A stretch of 59,042 nucleotides of DNA from a virus. Lineage: Duplodnaviria > Caudoviricetes. Position 1 is the stretch's first letter; each line of letters opens with the position of its first letter. The DNA is taken from positions 1-59,042 of IMG/VR virus record IMGVR_UViG_3300030110_001528, one strand, 5' to 3'. Below, in pieces: positions 18,923-28,829 of the stretch. The notes beneath the pieces are model-generated. The model had not been told where the DNA came from. It ran no database searches and was given only the letters and a program-made list of their open reading frames with translations. The translations under genes were made by a program, and so were the position numbers.

Positions 18923-21900
18923 ATAAACTCTCTCCTAAATCAAATATGTTAATATTATCCAACAAACTTACTCTTCCACCTTCTTTATAAGCTCTTAATG
19001 ACTTTCCTGACAAGTCTTTGTTTACAGGTATTACCAAATGAGTATTATTTAAATTCTCAGTCCAACCTTCCCATTTAATTGTATCAACATCTACACCCAT
19101 CTCTTTTGCAACAGATTTAAAAGCAGGTATAGTTGTGTTTTCATATCCTTTTTGTAATTTATTTTGCTTTTCTACAGAAGGGTCCCAATCATACTTTCCT
19201 CTACCACCAGCGTTAATATAAGCCTGTGCGTTTGGTAACACTACACCATCTAATCCTTTATCCGCAGCTACCCGCATTAAATCTCTCATCAGCACTTTTG
19301 TCCATTCACTTTGTGCAGGTAAAGGAGCATAAGGAATATCGCTAATGTTTGTAGTTTTTTCAAATGCTCTATCTTTATCCATTTTTGCAACAATATATTT
19401 TTTTACTGGTTCTGAACTAGTGTCCATTTTAAAATCTGTAGATGATGAATGCAGTTTCTTTAAATATTTTATATTTCCTTCAACATCATCGTCAAATTTG
19501 TTTGGTCTAATTAACCAATCTATATCACTAATAATTAGTGCAAGTTGACGATCTCCTTGACCCAATTCAATATGTTCAGCAATTTCAAGAGAACCATCTG
19601 GATCAGCATTTTCAAAAAATTTATTTCTTATATACTCTTGTTTTTCCTCTAATGAAACATTGCTTCTTCTTATTTTTTGAAATTCTGGGTCTTTTTTTAA
19701 ATCTGAAGCTGTTTTCCAAAGATTATCATATATGTCAAAGGAATGAGTGCTACCAATTGGATCAAGTAAATCTGCTATTTCACCATGTAAAGAACTAATT
19801 TTACTAAAACTTTGATCATTTGCATTAACACCTTCACTCATTGCTCTTGCTAATTTATGATTGAAGTCTAATTCATCTCTTGGGTTGGGTATTCCCCCCA
19901 TACCTTCCCACTCACCTAATTTACCACTTATACCCGCTTTTTCAATTAATGCTTGTTTTGCGTTTTGATATTTAATAACAGCAGGAAATTTCTGTAATTC
20001 TTTTGTTCCCTCATAATTTGGAATAGAGTATGCAACAAATTCTGAAAGAGCATTAAAAGATTCATTAGACTTACTACCCTCATAACCCATTTGATCGAAC
20101 AATACATTTTTAGCTTTTAAATTATCTAGGTTACTACCTAAAACTTCAAGCATGGCATCTTCATGTAATTCTTTAAGTCGAATTAAATCATTTGAATTTT
20201 CACCTAATATTGAATAATTTGGTTTTATTTCATTAGGAACATCTGAAGCATTTTCTAATTTTAAATCAACAATTTTCTGTTCATATATTGTGCCCAATTC
20301 ATTGCTAGGACTAATTTCATTTATTAAGTTTTTTTCTTCTATATTGTACGCTTCATTTTTCTGACTATAATCTTTATCTAGTCGTAATTGTTCGTGTTCA
20401 GTTAATTTATACCCTTTCCCTGGTCTTCCTTGTGTTCCTTGAGCTTTTGTATGTAAATCAGATTGAAACTCTTCTGGAACAAGATATTTTTTACCATTAG
20501 GATGTTCTCTTACAGAAACCCTTGACCAAGCAATGTTACCCCTAGAAAGTGCAGAAGGAGAATCTGAAGATATATGTGCTGTAAAATCAGAAGAACCAGA
20601 CGCATCATTAATTGTAATCATTCCATAATCTATGGATTCTTTTCCTGCCAACTCTTTACCACCTATTCTTTGGGTTTCTTGAAACATTTGTGGGATATTA
20701 CCTACATAAATACCACCACCTAGTTCGTTGCCAGTAAAAGGTACGTCATCAAAATCTTTTGGGTCTAGCTTGCCATAATCACTCATAAAATTGCTTCTTG
20801 AAACAATTTTATTTTTGTTTAGAGGAATATTTAAATTTTTGATTTTAGACTGCCATTCCTCAGACAAATTCATTAAAGCTCCTGTGCTTAATTTTTGAGG
20901 ATTAGTTTCATTTATTAAAGTTTGTTGATCAGAACTTAAACTAAAAATATCATCACTATCTTTTAATTGATTTAATCCTGTATCAACTAATTCTTTATCT
21001 TTGATACCGCCATCTTTTATTTGAGCATTTTTAATTTGATTATATATCTCTTTACCTGTTAACTGACCATCAGGACTGTCTATAAGAGTTTGTCGAGCAA
21101 TCACTGTTGAATTAAAATGAATAGGTCTTTCTCTAACAAATTGTGAATCTGGATCACCATAATTTTGTGCGTTATAACTTGTTCTTGATAAATGTAATTT
21201 AGCTCTTTCGTTAGGAGTGCCTAGACTCACAGTGCCATAATCTTGACCCTGTGCTTCTAAATACAACTTCTGGTCTTTAGGAAAAGCTTCTTCTGGCGAG
21301 ATAAAATTAAGATTTTGTTTTTCAGGAACTTTAGCTCCTTTTGCTAATGTATTTAATTCAGAATTAATCATTTTAACAATAGCTTCTTCAGGAAGCTTAT
21401 TGTCGTTCATCATTCTTATTGCACGATTATAAATATCAGGACGTTCTTCTTGAAAACTTTTCACCATATTTGTAAAATCTGACGTATATTCACCTTTAGC
21501 GGGAATCGTTTTAATTGAACCTAAATTTGCCAAAAATCTTTTAGTTTTTAAGGGAAGTTTCATGCCAGCACCAATAGCCAAAGCAGGAATTGCACCAACA
21601 CCGCTTGCTATACCCGCCATTTGAACTGTATCGCCAGCCGTTCCCAAAGCTTGAAGAGCAGATTCCAAACCTTTACTTGCACCACTAACATAATTGCCTT
21701 GTTGAAATTGTGATATGGCATCAGTAACATTCGCCCCAATAGATGGCAATTTGCCTTCCCCAAAAGGATTAGCAGCAAAACCTGCTGCGTCTGCAATACC
21801 ACCACCCGGTCCTAAACTAGCACCAAATTCTGTAATACCTGTAAGAATAGATTTTGCTTTTTCAGGTGTTATTAAGGGTGCTGAAGATATTTTCGGCTCA

Positions 21901-21977
21901 AACCCAGCAACCATTTCGGGCATTTTAATTGACAAATCTCTTTGATTAGATAGATCAAATATGTCTTCTACACCCAC
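18915..21977 (-). CDS. Large probable internal virion/injected protein
   Basis: 1020 aa between terL and portal; EEFQSDLH and AADKGLDGV motifs. Confidence 0.55.
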   Translation of the reverse strand: MGVEDIFDLSNQRDLSIKMPEMVAGFEPKISSAPLITPEKAKSILTGITEFGASLGPGGGIADAAGFAANPFGEGKLPSIGANVTDAISQFQQGNYVSGASKGLESALQALGTAGDTVQMAGIASGVGAIPALAIGAGMKLPLKTKRFLANLGSIKTIPAKGEYTSDFTNMVKSFQEERPDIYNRAIRMMNDNKLPEEAIVKMINSELNTLAKGAKVPEKQNLNFISPEEAFPKDQKLYLEAQGQDYGTVSLGTPNERAKLHLSRTSYNAQNYGDPDSQFVRERPIHFNSTVIARQTLIDSPDGQLTGKEIYNQIKNAQIKDGGIKDKELVDTGLNQLKDSDDIFSLSSDQQTLINETNPQKLSTGALMNLSEEWQSKIKNLNIPLNKNKIVSRSNFMSDYGKLDPKDFDDVPFTGNELGGGIYVGNIPQMFQETQRIGGKELAGKESIDYGMITINDASGSSDFTAHISSDSPSALSRGNIAWSRVSVREHPNGKKYLVPEEFQSDLHTKAQGTQGRPGKGYKLTEHEQLRLDKDYSQKNEAYNIEEKNLINEISPSNELGTIYEQKIVDLKLENASDVPNEIKPNYSILGENSNDLIRLKELHEDAMLEVLGSNLDNLKAKNVLFDQMGYEGSKSNESFNALSEFVAYSIPNYEGTKELQKFPAVIKYQNAKQALIEKAGISGKLGEWEGMGGIPNPRDELDFNHKLARAMSEGVNANDQSFSKISSLHGEIADLLDPIGSTHSFDIYDNLWKTASDLKKDPEFQKIRRSNVSLEEKQEYIRNKFFENADPDGSLEIAEHIELGQGDRQLALIISDIDWLIRPNKFDDDVEGNIKYLKKLHSSSTDFKMDTSSEPVKKYIVAKMDKDRAFEKTTNISDIPYAPLPAQSEWTKVLMRDLMRVAADKGLDGVVLPNAQAYINAGGRGKYDWDPSVEKQNKLQKGYENTTIPAFKSVAKEMGVDVDTIKWEGWTENLNNTHLVIPVNKDLSGKSLRAYKEGGRVSLLDNINIFDLGESLYG

Positions 21978-22204
21978 TAAAAAACACCTTTAAACGCTGA
22001 TTTTCTTTTTACTTTCACAACGCCACCTTTGTTAAAACGGAATCTTAACTGACCTGTATAAGGATCAATATTGAATTTTACGTTTCTTTTTTTATTATCT
22101 TCTGCATTTTTTAATGTTCTTTGCATGGCATTAAAATATTTGTCAGGCATCTTTAACAAGCCTTCTAAATCTGTTGGATTTGCAAAACCAAGCCTTTTAC
22201 TCAT
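21977..22204 (-). CDS. Small protein with an xxGG motif
   Basis: 75 aa; FNKGGVV...FKGVF. Confidence 0.55.
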   Translation of the reverse strand: MSKRLGFANPTDLEGLLKMPDKYFNAMQRTLKNAEDNKKRNVKFNIDPYTGQLRFRFNKGGVVKVKRKSAFKGVF

Positions 22205-23682
22205 TAGTAATATTCCCTTTTTTCATCTCTATAGGAATCTTCATCTTCATAGTCACTTGGAGTTACAATAAACCCTCCTTGGCGAAAACGCAAGATAGCT
22301 TGAGTCATACTATCCGCTAAATCGTCATGTTCTCCATTGGGAAAGGCCGCACATTCTTCAACAACCTCATCGGCAAAATCCTTATCGGGCCTCCAAACCA
22401 TGCCACTTTCAAAAACGGGAGCACACGCATTCATACGTGTAAATTTGTCAGCACCACGGCTTGGAGTAAAGGGGGTTACAGGAATACCCATACGTCTTAG
22501 CTCATGGGTTAATGGTGTTCCTGTCGCCTTTTGTTCTATTAAAATCATATCGGGATCAAATTCTGTATAAAGTCTTTGAGCTACTTCTTTAAGTTCTGGA
22601 AAATCCCAGCGACCTCTTTCAGCATCAAGGAGTATAATCGCTTCAGGTTCTCCGTCTTCAGGTTCAAATATACCCCAAGTCGTAATGGCAGAGTAGTCAG
22701 CTCTTTCAGACTTGCTGTAAGCCGTATCATACGATTGTATAACGTAACTAACATACGGAGGTTCATCTTTTTCCCAAACATTCCACCATTCCCTTTTAAT
22801 TATCGCCCCTTCTTCGGCTGTCGGATTCTGAAGATATTGTGCGTTCCACTTCCCTATTGGGATTGATGACTTTACCGCTTCCAACTCTTTTTTCTCCCAG
22901 TATTGGGGCCACAACACGTTGCCTGTATCTGGAAATATCGCTGGAAATTCTACCACTTCCCATTGGTCAGCTCCTCCCTCTGCTTGTTTCTTTAAAACTT
23001 TTGCAGTCAAATCTCGAATACTCCATCGTGTCATCACAATAATAATAGCCCCACCCGGCTGAAGTCTCTGTCTTGGACCTGACGTATACCATTCATAAAT
23101 ATTATCCAAAGTCGTTGGACTCATAGCATCCTGTTCCGAAACAGGGTCATCAATAATCAGCAAATCAGCACCACGACCCGCCAACGCACCACCAACACCT
23201 ACAGCATAATACTCACCACCCTTATTCGTTGACCATCTCCCAGATGCTTTTGCATCAGATGCTAACGAAACATTAGGAAAAATATCGGCAAACTCTGGAG
23301 AATCAATCAAGTTCTTAACCTTACGACCAAAACCTACCGCCAACTCGGATGTATGTGTCGCCTGTATAATCTTGCTTGTCGGCTTCCTTCCCATCAACCA
23401 TGAAGGAAACAAATAACTCGCAAACTCTGATTTGGTATGTCGAGGAGGCATATTAACAATCAAACGATTGGATTTGCCATCAGCGACATTCTGTAACTTC
23501 TCAGCATATATCTTATGATGCTTACCCTCAATAAAGGCGGGCCATACATGCTTTACAAAATCAATAAACTTAGTCTGGTAAGTCTCTCTGTCATCAAGTT
23601 CCGACAATCGGGTGACAATCTCACCCAACTTTGTCATTTCATCGTCAGTTAAATACTCTGTCGGTATGTTGAAGTCGGTCAT
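22204..23682 (-). CDS. terL: Terminase large subunit
   Basis: MPPRHTKSE Walker A, LLIIDDP Walker B, SYDTAY and HDDLADS nuclease motifs. Confidence 0.95.
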   Translation of the reverse strand: MTDFNIPTEYLTDDEMTKLGEIVTRLSELDDRETYQTKFIDFVKHVWPAFIEGKHHKIYAEKLQNVADGKSNRLIVNMPPRHTKSEFASYLFPSWLMGRKPTSKIIQATHTSELAVGFGRKVKNLIDSPEFADIFPNVSLASDAKASGRWSTNKGGEYYAVGVGGALAGRGADLLIIDDPVSEQDAMSPTTLDNIYEWYTSGPRQRLQPGGAIIIVMTRWSIRDLTAKVLKKQAEGGADQWEVVEFPAIFPDTGNVLWPQYWEKKELEAVKSSIPIGKWNAQYLQNPTAEEGAIIKREWWNVWEKDEPPYVSYVIQSYDTAYSKSERADYSAITTWGIFEPEDGEPEAIILLDAERGRWDFPELKEVAQRLYTEFDPDMILIEQKATGTPLTHELRRMGIPVTPFTPSRGADKFTRMNACAPVFESGMVWRPDKDFADEVVEECAAFPNGEHDDLADSMTQAILRFRQGGFIVTPSDYEDEDSYRDEKREYY

Positions 23683-26174
23683 GCCACACTACGTAATGAT
23701 CCTAAAAAGTTATCTACAGCAGTATCAAGCGTGTTAACCGAACCACCTTGGTTCATCGTTGCCGCTGGAACACCTTGCATCTTAAATAAATTCCTTAACA
23801 ATTCTGGCGAAATACCTGATGGCAATATAGGTAGTTGTTGCCTTTGAGGAATAACAGGCATGTTAAACTGTGGATACGGTGATATTTGATTAACATCAAA
23901 GTTCGGAATCCTATCAGAAGGAACAACAACACTGCTGTAATCAGGAGCTGTCTCTTCAACAGGGTCTGTCGGGGCAGCAATCGGTGGTGCAGGATCACCT
24001 GCAACCTCTGCTTCTGGCAACATACCAGAAATCATGTCACGCAACCTCTGCTCTTCGGCTAGTTTTCTCTGCTCTCTGTCTTGCTGACGACCTCTCTCAC
24101 GTTCATCAGCCTCATTGCGTAAAACGGAAGCTTGTGTATCAGCATAATACTGTCCAGCCCCAGCAGGAGTGCTCGTATCATAACCCATGAAATCTATGAT
24201 AGGTCGAGTAAATTGATTAAATCCAAATGTATTGTCAGGTGCACCTTGACCTGCTGTATAACGTGTTGCCTCTGGTTGAGTTATTGGTGTAAATGGTGTA
24301 ACAGGCAAAGCCGCCATTTCATCTATATTTGAATCATCAAATTGATCGCCTGTGAATACAGGTTGAGGAAGCATATAACTAGCCGCTCTTTCTCCTGCAT
24401 CTATATTTGGAATAGGATCAAAAATAGGAGTAGCACTACCTAGATTGTCAATATCACCACTTGGCTCATAAATACCACTTTCATCTAATTCAGTTTGTAA
24501 ATTTGTTCCATAGCCAGAACCATATTTACTGCCAGCACCTGTGGCTAAAGTAGACCGTGTAAATAGGTCGGGTTGCATAATTTTAAGCCTTCTTGCAACA
24601 TTTTCTGCATCTCTAGCAGTTTCTTTTTCTTTTGGTGTTAAATCTCTTGTTTTCAAATTCGTTGTAAAACCACCATTCCTAAAACCCTGAACAATGCCAC
24701 CTGTGTTGAAATTACTTCCGTAATCTTCAGCTTTTGCCCTTAAAGAAGGAGAAAGACTAAGACCTAACATACCACCCATTAATCCAGATTTGTCAGATTC
24801 ATTTAACAATTTAAGCATAGGAAATAATTGCGGGTTCATTTTTAAAAGTTCCATCAAACCACTCAATTTTCCCTCTTCTTCTCCTGAAGATGTCATTGGC
24901 TGTGCACTTGAACTTATCTGTTGCATAATATCTTCTAAGCTAATTTCAGGTTGCCTGTCTTTAGTAGGATATTGTGCAACAACAGGAGAACCACTACCAG
25001 CAACGCCTGTTTGTGCTGGAGCAAAAACGTCATCAATGCCTACATCGTAATTCGGCATATCAAATACAGGAACTTCAGGCCCTGACAGCTTTTCACCTTC
25101 TAAAACCATTCTTCCTATCTGATCCATTCCTTCAGGAGAAAGTCTTCTTTTCGCTAACTCTCTTTCAAGAATAAATGGGTCAACTACATCTATCGGTTTA
25201 AAAGTATACTCGCCTGTAGCTTCATCATAAATACCTTCAACTGGCTTATCAATTAATGCCTGTCTTTCTACACCACCACCAAATCTGTTAAATTCACCTG
25301 TATCTAACAAAGGATCAGAAATATTCAAATCATTTATAGGATAGTTTCTTGTTGATAACTTCTTCTCTATTGTTGATAACTCTTGCGGTTCAGAAGAAGA
25401 AGGTCTTGGAATCGGTAATGGAATAGGTCTTGATACTGGCAACGAAACACCAGAGCTTGGAACATCTTCACCAACCCTCAACATGTCAATATCCATTGGT
25501 AAGTTCGGCTTTGAAGTCGGCAAACCAATATCAGAGGTTTCTGGCTCAACATTCGTTGTTGTATAGTCAGGAACACCTTTCAATGAATCATCGGCTATAA
25601 TATTGTTAAGAATAACATCTTCAATAACTTTATCTTCTTCTTTTTGTCGGATAACATTCGCTAAACCACCACCTAAAGCTGATTGTTTCATAGCATTGGC
25701 TTCGTCACGAGAAATTATCTGCGATACCATACGACCCCTGTCTTCATCAAATACAGGTCGGGTTGAAATCCTACCCGTATCATCTGTCTGTATAATTGTA
25801 CCACCCTCTCGCATGTGGACAGGATCAAAAACATCAACCGAACCACCCATGTTCATCATCATCGGTGGTTGAGGTGGCATCATCCCCTGTTGTTGGGGCA
25901 TCATACCCTGTGGAGGCATTTGAGGCATCCCCATACCTTGACCTTGTGGCATCATCGGAGGCTGACCCATCGGGGGTTGCGGTGACGATATGTTCGGAAG
26001 AAGATTGTTCATGGTATTCATGGTTTTTGACTCTATAGCCGCCTTATAACCTTCCATGTAATCTTTCAATGCACCTCTTTTTTCAGAAGATACATGCAAA
26101 TTCATTGATTGTGGCTGATTTTGACCACTTTGAACAGGTGGTTGAAAAGGTTGAGGGGGTTGACCATATGCCAT
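23679..26174 (-). CDS. Large P/Q/M-rich, probably disordered protein
   Basis: 831 aa with several xxGG motifs; overlaps the terL start. Confidence 0.6.
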   Translation of the reverse strand: MAYGQPPQPFQPPVQSGQNQPQSMNLHVSSEKRGALKDYMEGYKAAIESKTMNTMNNLLPNISSPQPPMGQPPMMPQGQGMGMPQMPPQGMMPQQQGMMPPQPPMMMNMGGSVDVFDPVHMREGGTIIQTDDTGRISTRPVFDEDRGRMVSQIISRDEANAMKQSALGGGLANVIRQKEEDKVIEDVILNNIIADDSLKGVPDYTTTNVEPETSDIGLPTSKPNLPMDIDMLRVGEDVPSSGVSLPVSRPIPLPIPRPSSSEPQELSTIEKKLSTRNYPINDLNISDPLLDTGEFNRFGGGVERQALIDKPVEGIYDEATGEYTFKPIDVVDPFILERELAKRRLSPEGMDQIGRMVLEGEKLSGPEVPVFDMPNYDVGIDDVFAPAQTGVAGSGSPVVAQYPTKDRQPEISLEDIMQQISSSAQPMTSSGEEEGKLSGLMELLKMNPQLFPMLKLLNESDKSGLMGGMLGLSLSPSLRAKAEDYGSNFNTGGIVQGFRNGGFTTNLKTRDLTPKEKETARDAENVARRLKIMQPDLFTRSTLATGAGSKYGSGYGTNLQTELDESGIYEPSGDIDNLGSATPIFDPIPNIDAGERAASYMLPQPVFTGDQFDDSNIDEMAALPVTPFTPITQPEATRYTAGQGAPDNTFGFNQFTRPIIDFMGYDTSTPAGAGQYYADTQASVLRNEADERERGRQQDREQRKLAEEQRLRDMISGMLPEAEVAGDPAPPIAAPTDPVEETAPDYSSVVVPSDRIPNFDVNQISPYPQFNMPVIPQRQQLPILPSGISPELLRNLFKMQGVPAATMNQGGSVNTLDTAVDNFLGSLRSVA

Positions 26175-26224
26175 GCGTAATGTCCTCTTAAAATAGCTAT
26201 TAAGACGACACTACGATATTTTTT

Positions 26225-26608
26225 TTATTTTGACAATATGTTATCTAATTCTTTTATTGTCTGACGACACATTCTAAAAATATGACCGAACTGAATGTCA
26301 TCTTCGCCTTTTTTTAACTCTTTTACTATACCATCACGCAATCTTTCCATGCGTTCACGCTCAAATGACGTTAATTGAGCAAATTCTTCCTCACCAAAAT
26401 GCTTTTCTACCAGATATTTCATCGCATACTCCATTGAAAGTGACACCCTCGTATGTCCACTTTCATAAAATCTGTACATGCGGGGTGAAACTCCTATTTT
26501 CTCTCCCATTTTAGCTTGTGTCAAGCCAAGTTTATTGCGATATTCACGTAAATCATCTGGTTTCCATTTACTGTACGCACTTTTATCTCTTTTAGCTATT
26601 TTGTTCAT
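26225..26608 (-). CDS. XRE/Cro-family HTH regulator
   Basis: LREYRNKLGLTQAKMGEKIGVSPRMYRFYESG. Confidence 0.85.
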   Translation of the reverse strand: MNKIAKRDKSAYSKWKPDDLREYRNKLGLTQAKMGEKIGVSPRMYRFYESGHTRVSLSMEYAMKYLVEKHFGEEEFAQLTSFERERMERLRDGIVKELKKGEDDIQFGHIFRMCRQTIKELDNILSK

Positions 26609-26846
26609 TAGAAACCTCTACCAACATACCCGATGAAAGCAAATCTTTAACGAAAGAATCCTTAGAATCATACCTAAATGATTTTCCTGACCACATACTT
26701 GCCATTTTTGCGGTTTTTCTTAGAAATTCTTTGTCATTTTGACTCGATGACCAAGAACCTTTACGTATAAAATTAACAATGTCACCAGCATTTTCAGCCT
26801 GAAACGTAGAATAACTATCTCCATCCTTGTATTTAAAAGTTCTCAT
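26592..26846 (-). CDS. Hypothetical protein
   Basis: Start MRTFK at 26846, preceded by AAAGAAAGAGAGGTG. Confidence 0.6.
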   Translation of the reverse strand: MRTFKYKDGDSYSTFQAENAGDIVNFIRKGSWSSSQNDKEFLRKTAKMASMWSGKSFRYDSKDSFVKDLLSSGMLVEVSNEQNS

Positions 26847-27074
26847 ATAACACCTCTCTTTCTTTATTGTTTTTGTAAACGATACAAAACTAAGAACGGG
26901 CAATAAGGTCTACCTTCCCTCCAACATATACCCCCTAAAGATCATCAGATGTTGTATCTCTGCTAGTACCTACGATCATAGCCGTCTAGAACAACTCCCG
27001 TCCATTAGCTCATTTCTAATACTACCAAATCACTCGTATATGTCATTCACTTAATTTTGTATCGTTCATATTTA

Positions 27075-27105
27075 TATATAGGCATTTTGTTACCTAAAAT
27101 CAAGT
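27075..27105 (-). promoter_or_regulatory. Sigma70-like promoter with operator-like spacer
   Basis: TTGATT-17 nt-TATATA; spacer resembles three other sites. Confidence 0.55.
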
Positions 27106-27315
27106 GAGATTTTTTAAAAAAAATTTTTTGAAAATTTTTCGTGACCGTTTCTCTGAAACTCGCCCCGTGAGGGAACCGAGCGGGGTCCCCCCTTTTGGGG
27201 GGTCTTCCAGGCGAGCGGAGCGAGCCGATTTCCGATCCCAGAACGTAGGGTACCTGCCGATTTAAAGCCCATGAGTTGGATACAAATCCCGATCCCGTGT
27301 GTAACACGGGATATA

Positions 27316-27374
27316 AAAAGCCCTGCGAAGCAGGGCTTTTTTTCTCTTTAGGCCCCTCGAAGAGGGGCCTTTTT
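27316..27374. terminator. Tandem terminator hairpins
   Basis: aaaaagccctgc-gaa-gcagggcttttt and aggcccctc-gaa-gaggggccttttt. Confidence 0.75.
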
Positions 27375-27390
27375 AATGAGGCTGAGAGGG

Positions 27391-28548
27391 TCAAGAAAAT
27401 GTTTGTGCTCTCGTGTTGAAATACTCAAACAACTCATCGCTTACTTCTGACCATATGGAAGGATTACCTGCCCTATTCGCTGAAAGCATTGTTACATCTG
27501 TTGAACCGCTTCTAAAAGTCTTTAGAATTTTATAGCTTGCGAACTCGTCACCGCTACCGTATGATCTGCCGTTAGCTTGTTGCGTGTTGGTAACAATGGC
27601 ACCGTCACCAAAACGTGCTCTCATCTCTGAAATTCTACCTGCGATATTTGAACGTGTTGTACCAGTAGCCATCATTAAATCCTGCACTGTCGAACCTTCA
27701 TCGGTTCTACATAATTGATATATTTGATCTAGTCTTGTGCCTTGTCTGTATGGTTGATCGGGTGTTGTTGTCTCTGCTAGGTCATTTTGATATTCTAGAA
27801 AATGATTATCAGTAGTTTTATACAAAGTATAAATTAATTCTATCCAATTCATTATCTTTTTGCATTCAGTAGAACCGCTATTTTGTCTAAATTCTATAGT
27901 GCCTTTATACCTTCTACTTGTTGGATCGGATGGTTCAAAATTCACAGCATAAAATTTTCCACCAATAATAGAATTAAGTTCACTTAAAGTTGTTGCACGG
28001 TTCCAACGTGAACTGCTCGTCTGTCTGTCAATTGGTTTGCAATAGCTGTTATCAGTTCTACTATTAGGTAAAATATTATTGATTAATAATTGGTTCATAC
28101 CGTAACGTGTAGCTACTGTTTTCATTAAGTAAAAAGGCATTGGATCGGCTTTATTTTCGGAATAAAAACCGCTATTACCTTGAACTATATGATTAATTTG
28201 TTCTTTGCAAAAGTCTTCTGGATGCATTTTAGTATTGTCTAGCCATTCAATGCCAAAATGAACATGACCGCCACATTTAGTGGTAATACCTGCGTTAAGT
28301 TCTAGAAGTGCACCTTCAATTGTTAACAATTGATTATTAAGAAACGGACAAATAGCCATTGGCGGTAAAACAATTTCAAAGACTTGTTGGTCACTGCTTG
28401 TTGCGTCTGTGATAACCTTGCACCAATTTATATTATTACTTCTTAAAGCATTGGTAATTACTTCAATTCCACTTTGTCTTCTAGTAGTTGAACTTAAAAC
28501 TATTTCAATCTCTATTCCTATTATTGGTGTTTTATTAAATGTATACAT
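27391..28548 (-). CDS. Putative amidoligase (COOH-NH2 ligase type 2) with a C-terminal winged-HTH-like region
   Basis: GIEIE, EIVLPP, CGGHVH, KFYAVN and GTIEFRQ motifs. Confidence 0.8.
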   Translation of the reverse strand: MYTFNKTPIIGIEIEIVLSSTTRRQSGIEVITNALRSNNINWCKVITDATSSDQQVFEIVLPPMAICPFLNNQLLTIEGALLELNAGITTKCGGHVHFGIEWLDNTKMHPEDFCKEQINHIVQGNSGFYSENKADPMPFYLMKTVATRYGMNQLLINNILPNSRTDNSYCKPIDRQTSSSRWNRATTLSELNSIIGGKFYAVNFEPSDPTSRRYKGTIEFRQNSGSTECKKIMNWIELIYTLYKTTDNHFLEYQNDLAETTTPDQPYRQGTRLDQIYQLCRTDEGSTVQDLMMATGTTRSNIAGRISEMRARFGDGAIVTNTQQANGRSYGSGDEFASYKILKTFRSGSTDVTMLSANRAGNPSIWSEVSDELFEYFNTRAQTFS

Positions 28549-28594
28549 GATTTTTTCCTATGTTGTTTTAATATATGGGATTATCCCATACACT

Positions 28595-28625
28595 AAATAT
28601 ATCATGTAACATATTCCCTATCAAG
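28595..28625 (-). promoter_or_regulatory. Sigma70-like promoter of the amidoligase gene
   Basis: TTGATA-17 nt-TATATT. Confidence 0.6.
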
Positions 28626-28755
28626 TAAAAAAAACAATTAAATACCAATAAAATCAATAACTTAGCGAGCCCTGCGGGCTCGTGTTTTCCAGCCCTGCGG
28701 GCTGGTTTTAGCCCAGCGGGCTGGGCTTAACGAACAATTGTTCGTATTTACCAGT

Positions 28756-28781
28756 AAAAAAAAGGGTGGCGAAGCCACCCT
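28756..28781 (-). terminator. Rho-independent terminator
   Basis: Minus strand AGGGTGGC-TTC-GCCACCCT followed by a T run. Confidence 0.7.
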
Positions 28782-28829
28782 GCGGGGGAAATCCTGCGTC
28801 AGATTTTCCCCGATCAAGTTATTTCCCGA

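Noticed and set aside
26940-26955. Hammerhead ribozyme (CTGATGA on the minus strand)
   Set aside because: No correctly placed GAAA or stems were found.
27047-27394. 115-aa ORF
   Set aside because: It runs through terminators and a promoter; a by-product of high GC.
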